From assembly GCA_050011355.1 (NCBI GenBank), contig JBEKJG010000009.1, positions 13,521 to 77,520 on the forward strand: a stretch of 64,000 nucleotides of DNA, written 5' to 3'. The notes under the pieces were generated by a model. It searched no databases. It saw only the letters and a program-made list of their open reading frames with translations, and was not told the DNA's origin. Below, piece by piece: positions 38,044 to 47,000 of this stretch. The stretch comes from Thermoplasmata archaeon. GTDB lineage: Archaea; Thermoplasmatota; Thermoplasmata; Lutacidiplasmatales; UBA184. Position 1 is the stretch's first letter. The number at the start of each line of letters is the position of its first letter. The position numbers were made by a program, and so were the translations under genes.

Positions 38044-39522
38044 CTAGGTCCCCGGGAAGAGGCGGATGGGTGAGCTCGTGATCAAGTTCACCAGGAGGAA
38101 CGGCAGCACCCCGAGCAGGATCGTGAACGCGACGAGGAAGCCCATCGCGGTCGACTCGTACCAGGGTAGGTCGTGCACGACCTCCGGGATGCCGCGGGGG
38201 GGACCGAACAGCATCCGCTGCATCATCCAGATGTAGAACGCCGCGGTCACGACCAGGATCCCGAGCGGGATCAGGACCCAGTAGGTCAGGCCGTCCCACG
38301 TGGCCAGGAGCGCCGTGAACTCGGCGGGGAAGCTGATGAGCCACGGCAGCCCGAGAGAGGCGAGAGAGCCGACCATCACCATCGTCGCGAGGATGGGGGT
38401 GCTCGGGGTGATCCCGCCGAGCGAGGGGATGTCGCGAGTCCCGTAGGTGTGGTGGACGCTCCCGGAGACCATGAACAGGAGGGCGCTCACGATCCCGTGG
38501 GCGAACATCAGCAGCACCGCGGCCAGGAGGCCGAGGGAGGATCCCAGGGCGATCGCCAGGAGGACGATCCCCATGTGGTTGATGGAGGAGAAGGCGACCA
38601 TCCGCTTCAGGTCGCGTTGGGCGAGCGAGACGATCGACCCCCACGCGATGGTGGCGAACGCGATGACGAAGAGGAGCGGCTGGGCCTCGTGGAACCCGGA
38701 CGGCAGAATGAACACCGCCCACCGGATCAGCCCATAGCCGCCGAGCTTCAGCAGGAGTCCGGCCAGGAGCACGGAGCCCCCGGTCGGCGCCTCGACGTGC
38801 GCGTCGGGCAACCAGGTGTGGAACGGGACGATCGGGAACTTGACCCCGAACCCGAAGAACAGGGCCAGGAAGAGGAAGGTCTGGGTCACGGTCATCAGGC
38901 CGTGGCCGGCGAGGTAGACGCTCGAATAGTCGAAACTGGTCGCCCCCGAGTAGAAGACGAGCGCCAGCAGGCCGACCAGCATGACGATTGACGCGACGTG
39001 GGTGTAGACGAAGAACTTCAGCGCGGCGTAGCGCCGACGGGGGCCTCCCCAGTACCCGATGAGGAAGAACATCGGGACCAGGACGGCCTCCCAGAAGAGG
39101 AAGAAGAGGAGGATGTCGAGCGCGATGAAGACGCCGAAGCACCCGAGGCAGGTCAGGAGGACCAGCCCGAACCAGGCGCCGGGACGTTTCGTCTCGTTCC
39201 ACGAGTAGACGACGGTCGCGACCTGGAGGACCGCCGTCAGGAGGATCAGGACGAGCGAGATCCCGTCGACCCCGACCGTGTAGTTGACCTGGAGCCAGCC
39301 CAGGTGGATCCAGGCGTACGACTCCTGGTCGGCGAACCCGGGGAGGATCCCGTTCGCGTACCCCGGCCATCCCGGATATGCGAGGAGGAGGAAGGCGACC
39401 TCCGCCAGGAAGGCGAACGAGGTCGCGAGAGCCACCCATCGGGCGTACTTCCCCGCCACGAACGTGACGGCGGTGCCGAGCAAGAGCGTCGCGAGGACCG
39501 CCGAGAGGAGCGGGAAGGTCAT
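38044..39522 (-). CDS. nuoM: NADH-quinone oxidoreductase subunit M
   Basis: 492 aa. Blocks: FFLFWEAVLVPMFFLIGYWGG, HTWLPDAHVEAPTGGSVLLAGLLLKLGGYG, AFSSINHMG. Confidence 0.9.
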   Translation of the reverse strand: MTFPLLSAVLATLLLGTAVTFVAGKYARWVALATSFAFLAEVAFLLLAYPGWPGYANGILPGFADQESYAWIHLGWLQVNYTVGVDGISLVLILLTAVLQVATVVYSWNETKRPGAWFGLVLLTCLGCFGVFIALDILLFFLFWEAVLVPMFFLIGYWGGPRRRYAALKFFVYTHVASIVMLVGLLALVFYSGATSFDYSSVYLAGHGLMTVTQTFLFLALFFGFGVKFPIVPFHTWLPDAHVEAPTGGSVLLAGLLLKLGGYGLIRWAVFILPSGFHEAQPLLFVIAFATIAWGSIVSLAQRDLKRMVAFSSINHMGIVLLAIALGSSLGLLAAVLLMFAHGIVSALLFMVSGSVHHTYGTRDIPSLGGITPSTPILATMVMVGSLASLGLPWLISFPAEFTALLATWDGLTYWVLIPLGILVVTAAFYIWMMQRMLFGPPRGIPEVVHDLPWYESTAMGFLVAFTILLGVLPFLLVNLITSSPIRLFPGT

Positions 39523-39523
39523 C

Positions 39524-41374
39524 CTACCCGCCTCCCAGCTTCGCGATGAGGTACGGCGCGACGATCAGGAGGAGGACGAACACCCCGAGGAGGCCGGCGA
39601 CGACGTACGCGGCGTAGTCGGAGACGACGCCCGACTGGGTCCTGCGGAGCTGGTTCGACAGGCCGGAGAAGACGCGCTCGAGCCCCCGGACCGTACCGTC
39701 GATGACGTACCGGTCGACGAAGTCGGCCCCCCGCGAGATCCCGTAGACGAGCTTGGTGCCGATCCAGTCGTATCCGACCTTCATGTAGTACCGGTTCAGG
39801 AGAAGCCGCCGGACCGACTGGACCGGGCTTGAGTCCGCGAGCACGAAGACGCGCCCGTTCCCCCAGAGGTAGTAGGCGAGGCCGATCCCGCATGCGCCGA
39901 GGCCGACGCTGGCCCCCGAGAGCAGGATGTCGGTCGTCCCGTAGACCGGCGGGATCCCGTTGGCGCCCGCTCCGTAGAGGAGGAGGGATTGGAAGTTGGG
40001 GAGGAAGATGAGGAGCCCCGCGGCGAGCGCGAAGCCGGAGAGGATCACGAGGGGGACCTGCATCGTCCACGGCCCCTCGTGCGCGTGCGGAAGCGTCGGG
40101 TCTCGGGCGTGGTCGCCCGAGAACGCGAGGAACCAGGCCCGGAAGATGTAGTAGGCCGTCAGGAACACGGCCGCGAACGCGAGGAGGAAGAACGGCCAGT
40201 AGAGCGGGTGCGCCCCGAGCTGGGAATAGACCGCCCCCAGGATGTCGTCCTTGCTCCAGAACCCGGAGAAGGGCGGGATTCCCGAGAGGGAGAGTCCCCC
40301 GATCGCGAACGCGATCGCAGTGACCCGCATGGGCTTCTTCAGCCCGCCCATCTTGAACAGGTCCTGGGTCCCGACCGCGTGGATGACCGAGCCGGCGGCG
40401 AGGAACAGGAGTGCTTTGAAGAACGCGTGGGTGAACAGGTGGTACAGGCCCACCATCGCGAAGCCGGCCCCGACGGCGAGCACCATGTACCCGAGCTGGC
40501 TGATCGTGGAGTAGGCGATCACCCGTTTGATGTCCGGGTGGACCACCGCCATCGTGGCGGCGAAGAACGCCGTGAACCCGCCGATGGCGACGATCGCGAG
40601 CTGGTCGTTCGCGGTGAACCCGATGAAGACGCTCGTGATCGCGAGCAGGTAGACCCCGGCCGCGACCATCGTGGCGGCGTGGATGAGCGCCGAGACGGTC
40701 GTCGGGCCCTCCATCGCGTCGGGGAGCCAGACGTGCAGGGGGAACTGCGCGCTCTTGCCCGCCGCACCCCCGAGGATCATGAGGCCGGCGATCGTCAGCA
40801 GCGGGGAGCCGCCGCCCGACACGACGGGCAGGAATGGCGTGGTGCCGTTCGTGAAGACGAAGCCGTTGGCGGCCCAGCCGCCGTTCGGCCCCGTCGTCGC
40901 GAAGTGGAAGAAATAGATGAAGATCCCGAGCAGGAACAGGACGTCGCCGACCCGGGTCACCAGGAACGCCTCCTTCGCGGCGCTCGCCGCGCTCGGCTTC
41001 TCGTAGTAGAATCCGATCAGGAAGTAGGAGCAGACGCCGACCAACTCCCAGAACAGGAAGAACTCGAGCAGGTTGTTCGAGAGCACGAGGCCGGTCATCG
41101 CGGCGAGGAACAGCGAGAGCTCGGCGTAGTAGCGCGGCAGCCCGTGGTCGTGGTGCATGTAGCCGATCGAGTAGAGCAGGACGAGGAAGCCGACGACCGT
41201 CACGACCAGCAGCATGAGCGAGGAGAGCGGGTCGACCAGGGTCCCGACCACGAGCGAGATGCCGTTCGGGAACGGACCGGGCACTCCCGCGAGGTGCAGC
41301 CAGGTGAACTGCGCGTTCACGTACTGGCCGGGGGAGAGCATCTCCCCGACCGCGATGAGGACCCCGAGGACCAT
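39524..41374 (-). CDS. nuoL: NADH-quinone oxidoreductase subunit L; the true N-terminus probably lies upstream of the first canonical start (see finding)
   Basis: Blocks: FFLFWELVGVCSYFLIGFYY, HVWLPDAMEGPTTVSALIHAATMV, AYSTISQLGYM. The in-frame, stop-free 159 nt upstream encode the missing TM1. Confidence 0.88.
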   Translation of the reverse strand: MVLGVLIAVGEMLSPGQYVNAQFTWLHLAGVPGPFPNGISLVVGTLVDPLSSLMLLVVTVVGFLVLLYSIGYMHHDHGLPRYYAELSLFLAAMTGLVLSNNLLEFFLFWELVGVCSYFLIGFYYEKPSAASAAKEAFLVTRVGDVLFLLGIFIYFFHFATTGPNGGWAANGFVFTNGTTPFLPVVSGGGSPLLTIAGLMILGGAAGKSAQFPLHVWLPDAMEGPTTVSALIHAATMVAAGVYLLAITSVFIGFTANDQLAIVAIGGFTAFFAATMAVVHPDIKRVIAYSTISQLGYMVLAVGAGFAMVGLYHLFTHAFFKALLFLAAGSVIHAVGTQDLFKMGGLKKPMRVTAIAFAIGGLSLSGIPPFSGFWSKDDILGAVYSQLGAHPLYWPFFLLAFAAVFLTAYYIFRAWFLAFSGDHARDPTLPHAHEGPWTMQVPLVILSGFALAAGLLIFLPNFQSLLLYGAGANGIPPVYGTTDILLSGASVGLGACGIGLAYYLWGNGRVFVLADSSPVQSVRRLLLNRYYMKVGYDWIGTKLVYGISRGADFVDRYVIDGTVRGLERVFSGLSNQLRRTQSGVVSDYAAYVVAGLLGVFVLLLIVAPYLIAKLGGG

Positions 41375-41533
41375 GGCGGCGGCGGCGAAGGCGACCGCGA
41401 TCCAGCCGCCCCATTCGAGCTTCCCGAGCCGGGTGCCCGTCAGCCCGACGATGGTGAACGCGACGACGGAGAACAGGGGGATGAGGAAGGCCCATCCGTC
41501 CAGGGTCGTGAAGAAATTCGTGGTGCGCCCCCC

Positions 41534-41851
41534 CTAATCCCTCAGTTCGGTGGCCTGGGCGACGTTGATCGTGCCCTTGATGCGGTTCAGGGCGAGGACG
41601 ATGGCGAGCCCCACCGCCACCTCGGTCGCGGCGAACCCGATGAGGACGACGGCGATCGCCTGGCCCGAGAGCCCGGCCGCGGTCGGCGCGAACGCGGCGA
41701 AGTAGACGAAGTTGAGGATCGTCGCGTTCATCGCGATCTCGACCGCGATCAGGATGAGGATGAAGTTGCGTCGCGTCAGCAGTCCGAACACCCCGACCGC
41801 CAGGAGCGCCCCCGAGAGGACGAGGAACCACTCCACCGGGAGCGACGTCAT
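41534..41851 (-). CDS. nuoK: NADH-quinone oxidoreductase subunit K
   Basis: 105 aa from ATG 41851 inside track ORF 41534..42238. Three helices; LLTRRNFILILIAVEIAMNATIL contains the conserved Glu. Confidence 0.88.
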   Translation of the reverse strand: MTSLPVEWFLVLSGALLAVGVFGLLTRRNFILILIAVEIAMNATILNFVYFAAFAPTAAGLSGQAIAVVLIGFAATEVAVGLAIVLALNRIKGTINVAQATELRD

Positions 41852-42336
41852 TCGCGGCCCTCCCGGACAAGGTAGATGGCGCCCGAGACGCCGCCGAGCA
41901 TGACCAACCCGAGCAGGAGCAGCCAGGGCCCATCCGGGCCGAACAGCTGTGCCGAGAGCAGCGCGGGGGCGTAGATCTGGAGTGACGTGGGCGAGCTCGG
42001 GAACTCGCCGATCGAAGCGACCAGGAAGATGAACGTGACCGCCGCGAGGGCCATCGGCACCGGGCCGAGGCCGGTCGCCGCGTCCCGTGAGAAGATGCGC
42101 TTCCGTGTGACCATGATCCCGAACAGGAGGAGGATAGTGACGGCCCCGGCGTAGACCCCGAGCTGGAGGACCCCGAGGAACGGGGCCTGGAGGAGGAAGT
42201 AGATCGCCGAGAGGTCGACGAAGAAGACCGAGACCCACAGGATGGTGTGGACCAGCTCGCGGACGAGCAGGGCCGCCACGGCCGTCACGATGGCCACGAC
42301 GGCGAGCGCGAGGAACGCGAGTTCCTCGAGGCTCAC
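41848..42336 (-). CDS. nuoJ: NADH-quinone oxidoreductase subunit J
   Basis: GTG 42336 overlaps the nuoI TGA (GTGA). 162 aa. Hydrophobic; FLGVLQLGVYAGAVTILLLFGIM is typical of NuoJ. Confidence 0.8.
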   Translation of the reverse strand: MSLEELAFLALAVVAIVTAVAALLVRELVHTILWVSVFFVDLSAIYFLLQAPFLGVLQLGVYAGAVTILLLFGIMVTRKRIFSRDAATGLGPVPMALAAVTFIFLVASIGEFPSSPTSLQIYAPALLSAQLFGPDGPWLLLLGLVMLGGVSGAIYLVREGRE

Positions 42337-43112
42337 TTGCGCGTCCCCCAGAACAGGCACTCCTTCGGACAGACGCTGATGCAGGTGCCGCAGCGGACGC
42401 AGTCGGAGTCGTTCACGACCGGCTCCTTCCAGATCCGCTTGGTCGCCTTCTCCCCCGGCTTCGCCTCGGCCTTGGGGATGTCCAGCATCGTGATGCACTG
42501 CGTAGGGCAATCCCGGGCGCACGCGTTGCAGCCGATGCAGAGCGGGGGCTCGAGGAGGATCGCGTCCTCGTTCTCCGGCCGTTCCAGCCGGATCGGGTTC
42601 ATCGGGAGCTTGGTCTGGAAGATGTCGAACATCTTCTGCGGCGAGAAGACCATCTCGGACCGCTTCGGGGTGGAGAGCTCGTAGCGGGTCGTCATCGTGA
42701 GGCAACCCTCGGGGCAGGCGTCCGAGCAGAAGCCGCAGTAGCTGCACTTGCCGTAGTCGATCTCGGGGCACTTCTTCGCGTGCTTCGGGTCGCCCCCCGG
42801 CACCGTGACCATCTCGATGCAGAGGTCCGGACAGGAGAAGGCGCACAGGTTGCAGCTGATGCAGGTCGCGATGTTCAGCGCGTGGACGCCCCGATAGTTG
42901 TCCCAGATCCCGGCGACCCCGATCGGTTTGCCCGTCTCGACCCGGAGCTCTTTCCGGAAGGTCGGGTCCTCGAGTCGCTCGAACGGGTAGACGATCGTCG
43001 AGGGACGCACGAGGCTCCGGGCGAACTGACGCGCCGCGGTGAGCATCGGCTTCGCGACGAAGAGGATCGGGTTGTCGGACGGCTTGCTCGTGGCGGTCGC
43101 TTCGTCGCTCAT
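42333..43112 (-). CDS. nuoI: NADH-quinone oxidoreductase subunit I with an additional C-terminal 2x[4Fe-4S] ferredoxin domain
   Basis: Four complete CxxCxxCxxxCP motifs: CISCNLCAFSCP (aa 84-95), CSYCGFCSDACP (123-134), CIGCNACARDCP (192-203), CVRCGTCISVCP (238-249). Confidence 0.88.
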   Translation of the reverse strand: MSDEATATSKPSDNPILFVAKPMLTAARQFARSLVRPSTIVYPFERLEDPTFRKELRVETGKPIGVAGIWDNYRGVHALNIATCISCNLCAFSCPDLCIEMVTVPGGDPKHAKKCPEIDYGKCSYCGFCSDACPEGCLTMTTRYELSTPKRSEMVFSPQKMFDIFQTKLPMNPIRLERPENEDAILLEPPLCIGCNACARDCPTQCITMLDIPKAEAKPGEKATKRIWKEPVVNDSDCVRCGTCISVCPKECLFWGTRK

Positions 43113-43122
43113 GAAACTGACC

Positions 43123-44256
43123 TCAGACCCCCGGCGCAGAGGGCAGGCAACCGAACACGGGCAGGCACCGCACCATCACCAGGACCGCCGCCAGGAACAC
43201 GGAAGCCAGGCTGAGCGGGATCATGCGGTTCCATCCGATCCGCAGGAGCTGGTCGGTCCGGACGCGCGGGAGGGAGGCGCGGATCCAGACGAAGAGCCCG
43301 AAGACCGCGTAGGTCTTCACCATGAACCAGACGATCCCCGCGAGGGGAAACGAGGTCGCGGCGGACGGCACCCAGCTCGGCATGGTCCAGCCGCCGAGGA
43401 AGAGGAGGACGACGAGGATGCTCCCGACCAGGGCCCGGAGGTAGTCGGCCAGCATGAAGAACGCGAACAGCATGCCGCCGTACTCGGTGTTCCAGCCCTC
43501 GACGAGCTCGGCCTCCGCCTCGGGAAGGTCGAAGGGGATCCGCTCCATCTCGGCAAGCATACCGGCCACGAAGACGATCAGGGCCACGACGAGCGGCCCC
43601 CAGAACCAGTAGTTCTGCTGCTCGTAGACGATGGTGGAGAGGTCGAAGCTCCCCGAGACGACCACGACCGCGACGACCGCCAGGAGGAGCGGTACCTCGT
43701 AGGCGATCATCTGGGCCGCGGACCGCATGCCGCCCATCAGCGAGTACTTGTTGTTGCTCGACCAGGCGCTGACGAAGATGAACAGCGGGGCAAAGGAGAA
43801 GATCGCGAGGGCGAGCAGGAGGCTGAGCGGGAGGGCGCCCGAGTTCCAACCGGAGGAGATCGGGAGGATCCCGAAGATGATGAGGGACGTCACCATGTAT
43901 GCGACGGGCCCGGAGTAGAATCCGAGCGAGTCGGCTTCCTTGGGCCGGAACGTGTTCTTGCGGAACAGCTTCAGCCCGTCGGCGAAGTTCTGGAGGATCC
44001 CCGCGTACCCGACGTGCATGGCCGCGCGGCGGTCCATGAAACGGCCGAGGAGCTTGCGCTCCCACCAGATGAGCACGATCGTGTTGATCATGCTCGCGCC
44101 GAGCAGGATGGCGCCGAAGATCAGGACCGCGAGACCGAGGATCAGGTCACCGTTCGTAACCCATGCCCGGAGGGGCTGGGGAAGGATCGAGCCGAGGCCG
44201 TCGAGCAGGCCGCTCGAGATCGCGAACGAAACGCTGTAGAGGGTTGCGCCGCCCAT
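43123..44256 (-). CDS. nuoH: NADH-quinone oxidoreductase subunit H
   Basis: LIWWERKLLGRFMDRRAAMHVGYAGILQNFADGLKLF and EAEAELVEGWNTEYGGM are hallmark NuoH/ND1 blocks. Confidence 0.9.
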   Translation of the reverse strand: MGGATLYSVSFAISSGLLDGLGSILPQPLRAWVTNGDLILGLAVLIFGAILLGASMINTIVLIWWERKLLGRFMDRRAAMHVGYAGILQNFADGLKLFRKNTFRPKEADSLGFYSGPVAYMVTSLIIFGILPISSGWNSGALPLSLLLALAIFSFAPLFIFVSAWSSNNKYSLMGGMRSAAQMIAYEVPLLLAVVAVVVVSGSFDLSTIVYEQQNYWFWGPLVVALIVFVAGMLAEMERIPFDLPEAEAELVEGWNTEYGGMLFAFFMLADYLRALVGSILVVLLFLGGWTMPSWVPSAATSFPLAGIVWFMVKTYAVFGLFVWIRASLPRVRTDQLLRIGWNRMIPLSLASVFLAAVLVMVRCLPVFGCLPSAPGV

Positions 44257-44262
44257 GGTCGC

Positions 44263-45408
44263 CTAGCGGTCGACCTCCCCGACACAGACGTCGACGCTGC
44301 CCATGATGGGCGGGATGTCGGCGACATGGTAGCCGACGAGGTAGTGGCGGGCGGCGCTCAGGTTCGCGAAGACCGGCGACCGGAACTTGACACGGTACGG
44401 GTGTTCGCTCCCCTCGTTCACGACGTACGCCTGGGCCTCGCCGTGAGGCTCCTCGACGGAGGAGAACCCGAGCCCCTTCGGGTAGTTTCGCTTGAGCAGG
44501 TAGCCCTCGCGTCCCTGCGGAGCGTACGGGGCGCCGAGCCAGCGGGGAAGCCGGTCCGCGAGCACGGGGCCCGGATGGTGGTCCAGCCAGTCGAGCACCT
44601 GGCGGAGGATACGGACGCTTTGGCGCATCTCCTCCATCCGGACGAGATAGCGTGCGGTCACGTCGGCGCCGTCGGCGACCGCGACGTCGAAGTCGAGTTG
44701 CTTGTAGACAGAATATGGGCGGTCCTTGCGGAGGTCGCGTTTCATCCCGGCCGACCGGAGCATCGGCCCGGTGACGCCGGTCGCGACGCAGTCGCGAGCG
44801 GAGAGGATCCCGAGTCCATCGCACCGTTCGCGGAAGATCGTGGACCCGAGGCAGAGCCGGTCGTACTCGACGAACTTCTTGTCGAGCCAGTCGAGGACCC
44901 CGCGCGCCCGGTCGGTGAACCCCTGGGGGAGGTCATTGCGGACGCCTCCGACCCGCATGTACTCGTAGGTCATGCGCGCGCCGGTGTAGCTCTGGAAGAG
45001 GTCGAGGATGAGGTCCCGGTCCCGCATCCCGTAGAGGAACGGGGTCATGAGACCGATATCCTGGACGAACGCCGCGTACCACATGAGGTGCGAGCCGATC
45101 CGCTGGAACTCGTCGCACATCGTGCGGATGTAGTCGGCGCGCTCCGGCGGGGAGATGTGGAGCGCCTGCTCGGCCGAGAGGATGTAGAGATGCTCCCAGG
45201 CGAGCCCGGCGACGTAGCAGCACCGGTCCATGAGCGTGATGACCTCGTTGTAATGCCGGTCCTCGCTGATCTTCTCGATCCCCCGGTGGAGGTAGCCCAT
45301 CTCGGGGTCGCAGTCGAGGATCATCTCCCCGTCGATCTTCACCCGGAGGTTCCACAGGCCATGCGTCATGGGGTGCTGGGGCCCCATGTTCAACCACATC
45401 TCAGACAC
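44263..45408 (-). CDS. nuoD: NADH-quinone oxidoreductase subunit D
   Basis: LNMGPQHPMTHGLWNLRVKIDGE...GYLHRGIEK...GSVDVCVGEVDR. Confidence 0.92.
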   Translation of the reverse strand: MSEMWLNMGPQHPMTHGLWNLRVKIDGEMILDCDPEMGYLHRGIEKISEDRHYNEVITLMDRCCYVAGLAWEHLYILSAEQALHISPPERADYIRTMCDEFQRIGSHLMWYAAFVQDIGLMTPFLYGMRDRDLILDLFQSYTGARMTYEYMRVGGVRNDLPQGFTDRARGVLDWLDKKFVEYDRLCLGSTIFRERCDGLGILSARDCVATGVTGPMLRSAGMKRDLRKDRPYSVYKQLDFDVAVADGADVTARYLVRMEEMRQSVRILRQVLDWLDHHPGPVLADRLPRWLGAPYAPQGREGYLLKRNYPKGLGFSSVEEPHGEAQAYVVNEGSEHPYRVKFRSPVFANLSAARHYLVGYHVADIPPIMGSVDVCVGEVDR

Positions 45409-45877
45409 TGCGCTGCTTCACCTCCAGCTCCTCCGGCTCGTGCAGCTTGAACGAGCGCAGGAGCGGGTGGAACGCGTAGCCGTCCGGCATCAACAGGTGC
45501 CGCAGGTCCGGGTGGTGGTCGAACCCGATGTCGACCAGCTCCCAGGTCTCCCGCTCGTGCCAGTTGGCGCTCTCCCAAACCGGGGTGGCCGACTCGATGT
45601 GGGGCTGGTCCGCCGGAAGGTCCGCGGAGAGGATCGCGTACTGGCGGGCGTCGTCCGACCAGACGACGTAGAACACCTCGCGGTGGTCGACCCAGTCGAT
45701 CCCGCCCACCATCGACAGGTGACGGAACCCCAGGTCATCCCGGATCGTGCGGAACAGGTCCAGGGCGGCCTCGGGCCGGAACCGCACCCGGCCGGCCGTC
45801 CCGACGAACGTCTCGACCCCGAGGAGGCGGTCGCCCAACCGGGGAGCGAGGGCCTTTGCCAAGTCGTCCGGTTGCAT
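45401..45877 (-). CDS. nuoC: NADH-quinone oxidoreductase subunit C
   Basis: 158 aa. ANWHERETWELVDIGFDHHPDLRHLLMPD is the NuoC signature. 8-nt overlap with nuoD. Confidence 0.88.
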   Translation of the reverse strand: MQPDDLAKALAPRLGDRLLGVETFVGTAGRVRFRPEAALDLFRTIRDDLGFRHLSMVGGIDWVDHREVFYVVWSDDARQYAILSADLPADQPHIESATPVWESANWHERETWELVDIGFDHHPDLRHLLMPDGYAFHPLLRSFKLHEPEELEVKQRSV

Positions 45878-45910
45878 CCCCTTCCCCGACAGTTCCGGCG
45901 GCCGAGGCGC

Positions 45911-46528
45911 CTACTCCTTGCGCTCCCGGATGAGGGTTTCCAGCTTGAGGATCCCGTCGATCATGGCCTCGGGGCGGGGCGGGCAACCCGCGATGTAGAT
46001 GTCGACGGGGACGAGCTTGTCCACGCCCGGGACGACCGAGTAGGCGGTCCGGAACGGACCCCCCCCGGTTGCGCAGTTGCCCATCGCGATGACCCACTTG
46101 GGTTCGGGCATCTGCTCGTAGAGCGTGATGAGCTTGTGCGCGACCTTCCAGGTCACGGTGCCGTTGACGATCATGAGGTCGCACTGGCGGGGGGAGGACC
46201 GGGGGACGATCCCGAACCGTTCGGCGTCGAACCGTGCCGAGAATGCCGCGGCGAACTCGATGGCGCAGCAAGCGAGACCCCAGTGGAGCGGGAATAGAGA
46301 GTTCCGGCCCGCCCAGTTGAACGTGGGACGGATGACCTTGGATTGACCCTGCTCGACAATGAGTGCCGAGAGCGCCTCTTTCGCGGCCGGGATGAACTCC
46401 TTCGCGCGGACGGTCTCGATCTCGATGAACGGGACGGCCGCTTCGCCGACCATCGGCAGCTCCCCGGTCAACCGGTAGCTCTCGGCCGGGGTCGATGCGA
46501 CCTTGGGGGGAGCCGGGGCGTCCGTCAC
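45911..46528 (-). CDS. nuoB: NADH-quinone oxidoreductase subunit B
   Basis: N2-cluster cysteines in [19 protein letters not shown] and [13 protein letters not shown] 46528 (GTGA overlap with the nuoA stop) chosen; ATG 46447 (MVGEAAVP) is an alternative. Confidence 0.85.
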   Translation of the reverse strand: MTDAPAPPKVASTPAESYRLTGELPMVGEAAVPFIEIETVRAKEFIPAAKEALSALIVEQGQSKVIRPTFNWAGRNSLFPLHWGLACCAIEFAAAFSARFDAERFGIVPRSSPRQCDLMIVNGTVTWKVAHKLITLYEQMPEPKWVIAMGNCATGGGPFRTAYSVVPGVDKLVPVDIYIAGCPPRPEAMIDGILKLETLIRERKE

Positions 46529-46890
46529 ACGACCCACCTCTTCTCCCCGCTGAGGGCGTAGTAGATGCCCGTGATCGCGAGCGCGGTGAAGCCGACCGCG
46601 ATGAAGATCGGGTACCAGCTCGAGTTCACGCCGCGGAAGGTCAATCCCCAGAGGGCAAGGATGAACCCCAGGACGTCCACTGCGACGAAGACGATCGCGA
46701 AGGTGTAGTGCTGGGTGGGAAAGTCGATCTGGGCCTCCCCCTCGGCTTCCTCCCCGCACTCGTACGTCGTCGTCTGCAGGTAGGAGCGTCGGCTGGGGGC
46801 CCCCAGCTGGCGGTTCGCAACGATGGATCCGACGCCGAACGCGGCGGCGATCACGGCGAAGACCAGGAACGTCGTAATGCCCGCTTCCAT
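46525..46890 (-). CDS. nuoA: NADH-quinone oxidoreductase subunit A
   Basis: 121 aa, three helices, YECGEEAEG motif. GGAGG Shine-Dalgarno-like element 5-6 nt upstream of the ATG. Confidence 0.88.
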   Translation of the reverse strand: MEAGITTFLVFAVIAAAFGVGSIVANRQLGAPSRRSYLQTTTYECGEEAEGEAQIDFPTQHYTFAIVFVAVDVLGFILALWGLTFRGVNSSWYPIFIAVGFTALAITGIYYALSGEKRWVV

Positions 46891-46939
46891 CGTCCCCTCC
46901 TTAGGCTCGCCAGCTAGTATTCGCTCCGACCCTCAGTCG

Positions 46940-46947
46940 TTATTTAA
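46940..46947 (-). promoter_or_regulatory. TATA box (TTAAATAA on minus strand) for the nuo operon, ~54 nt upstream of the nuoA ATG
   Basis: Only A/T octamer in the 110-nt divergent spacer. Combined with the SD element it implies a ~27-nt leader. Could also serve the divergent GNAT gene. Confidence 0.4.
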
Positions 46948-47000
46948 CTCCTACACGCCGAAGGCACCCGGGGGGGAATCTCCCTCGAAAGAACTCCACG

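Noticed and set aside
41534-41536. Possibility that the nuoK TAG is read through or recoded (for example as pyrrolysine) to make a NuoK-NuoL fusion, since both are in the same frame
   Set aside because: TAG clearly terminates many well-defined genes here (kbl, rpl2, rpl14, rpl5, rps14, rpl15, secY, cbf5, nuoN, bcp). NuoK and NuoL are separate subunits in known complexes. Non-canonical initiation or a sequence error is more parsimonious.
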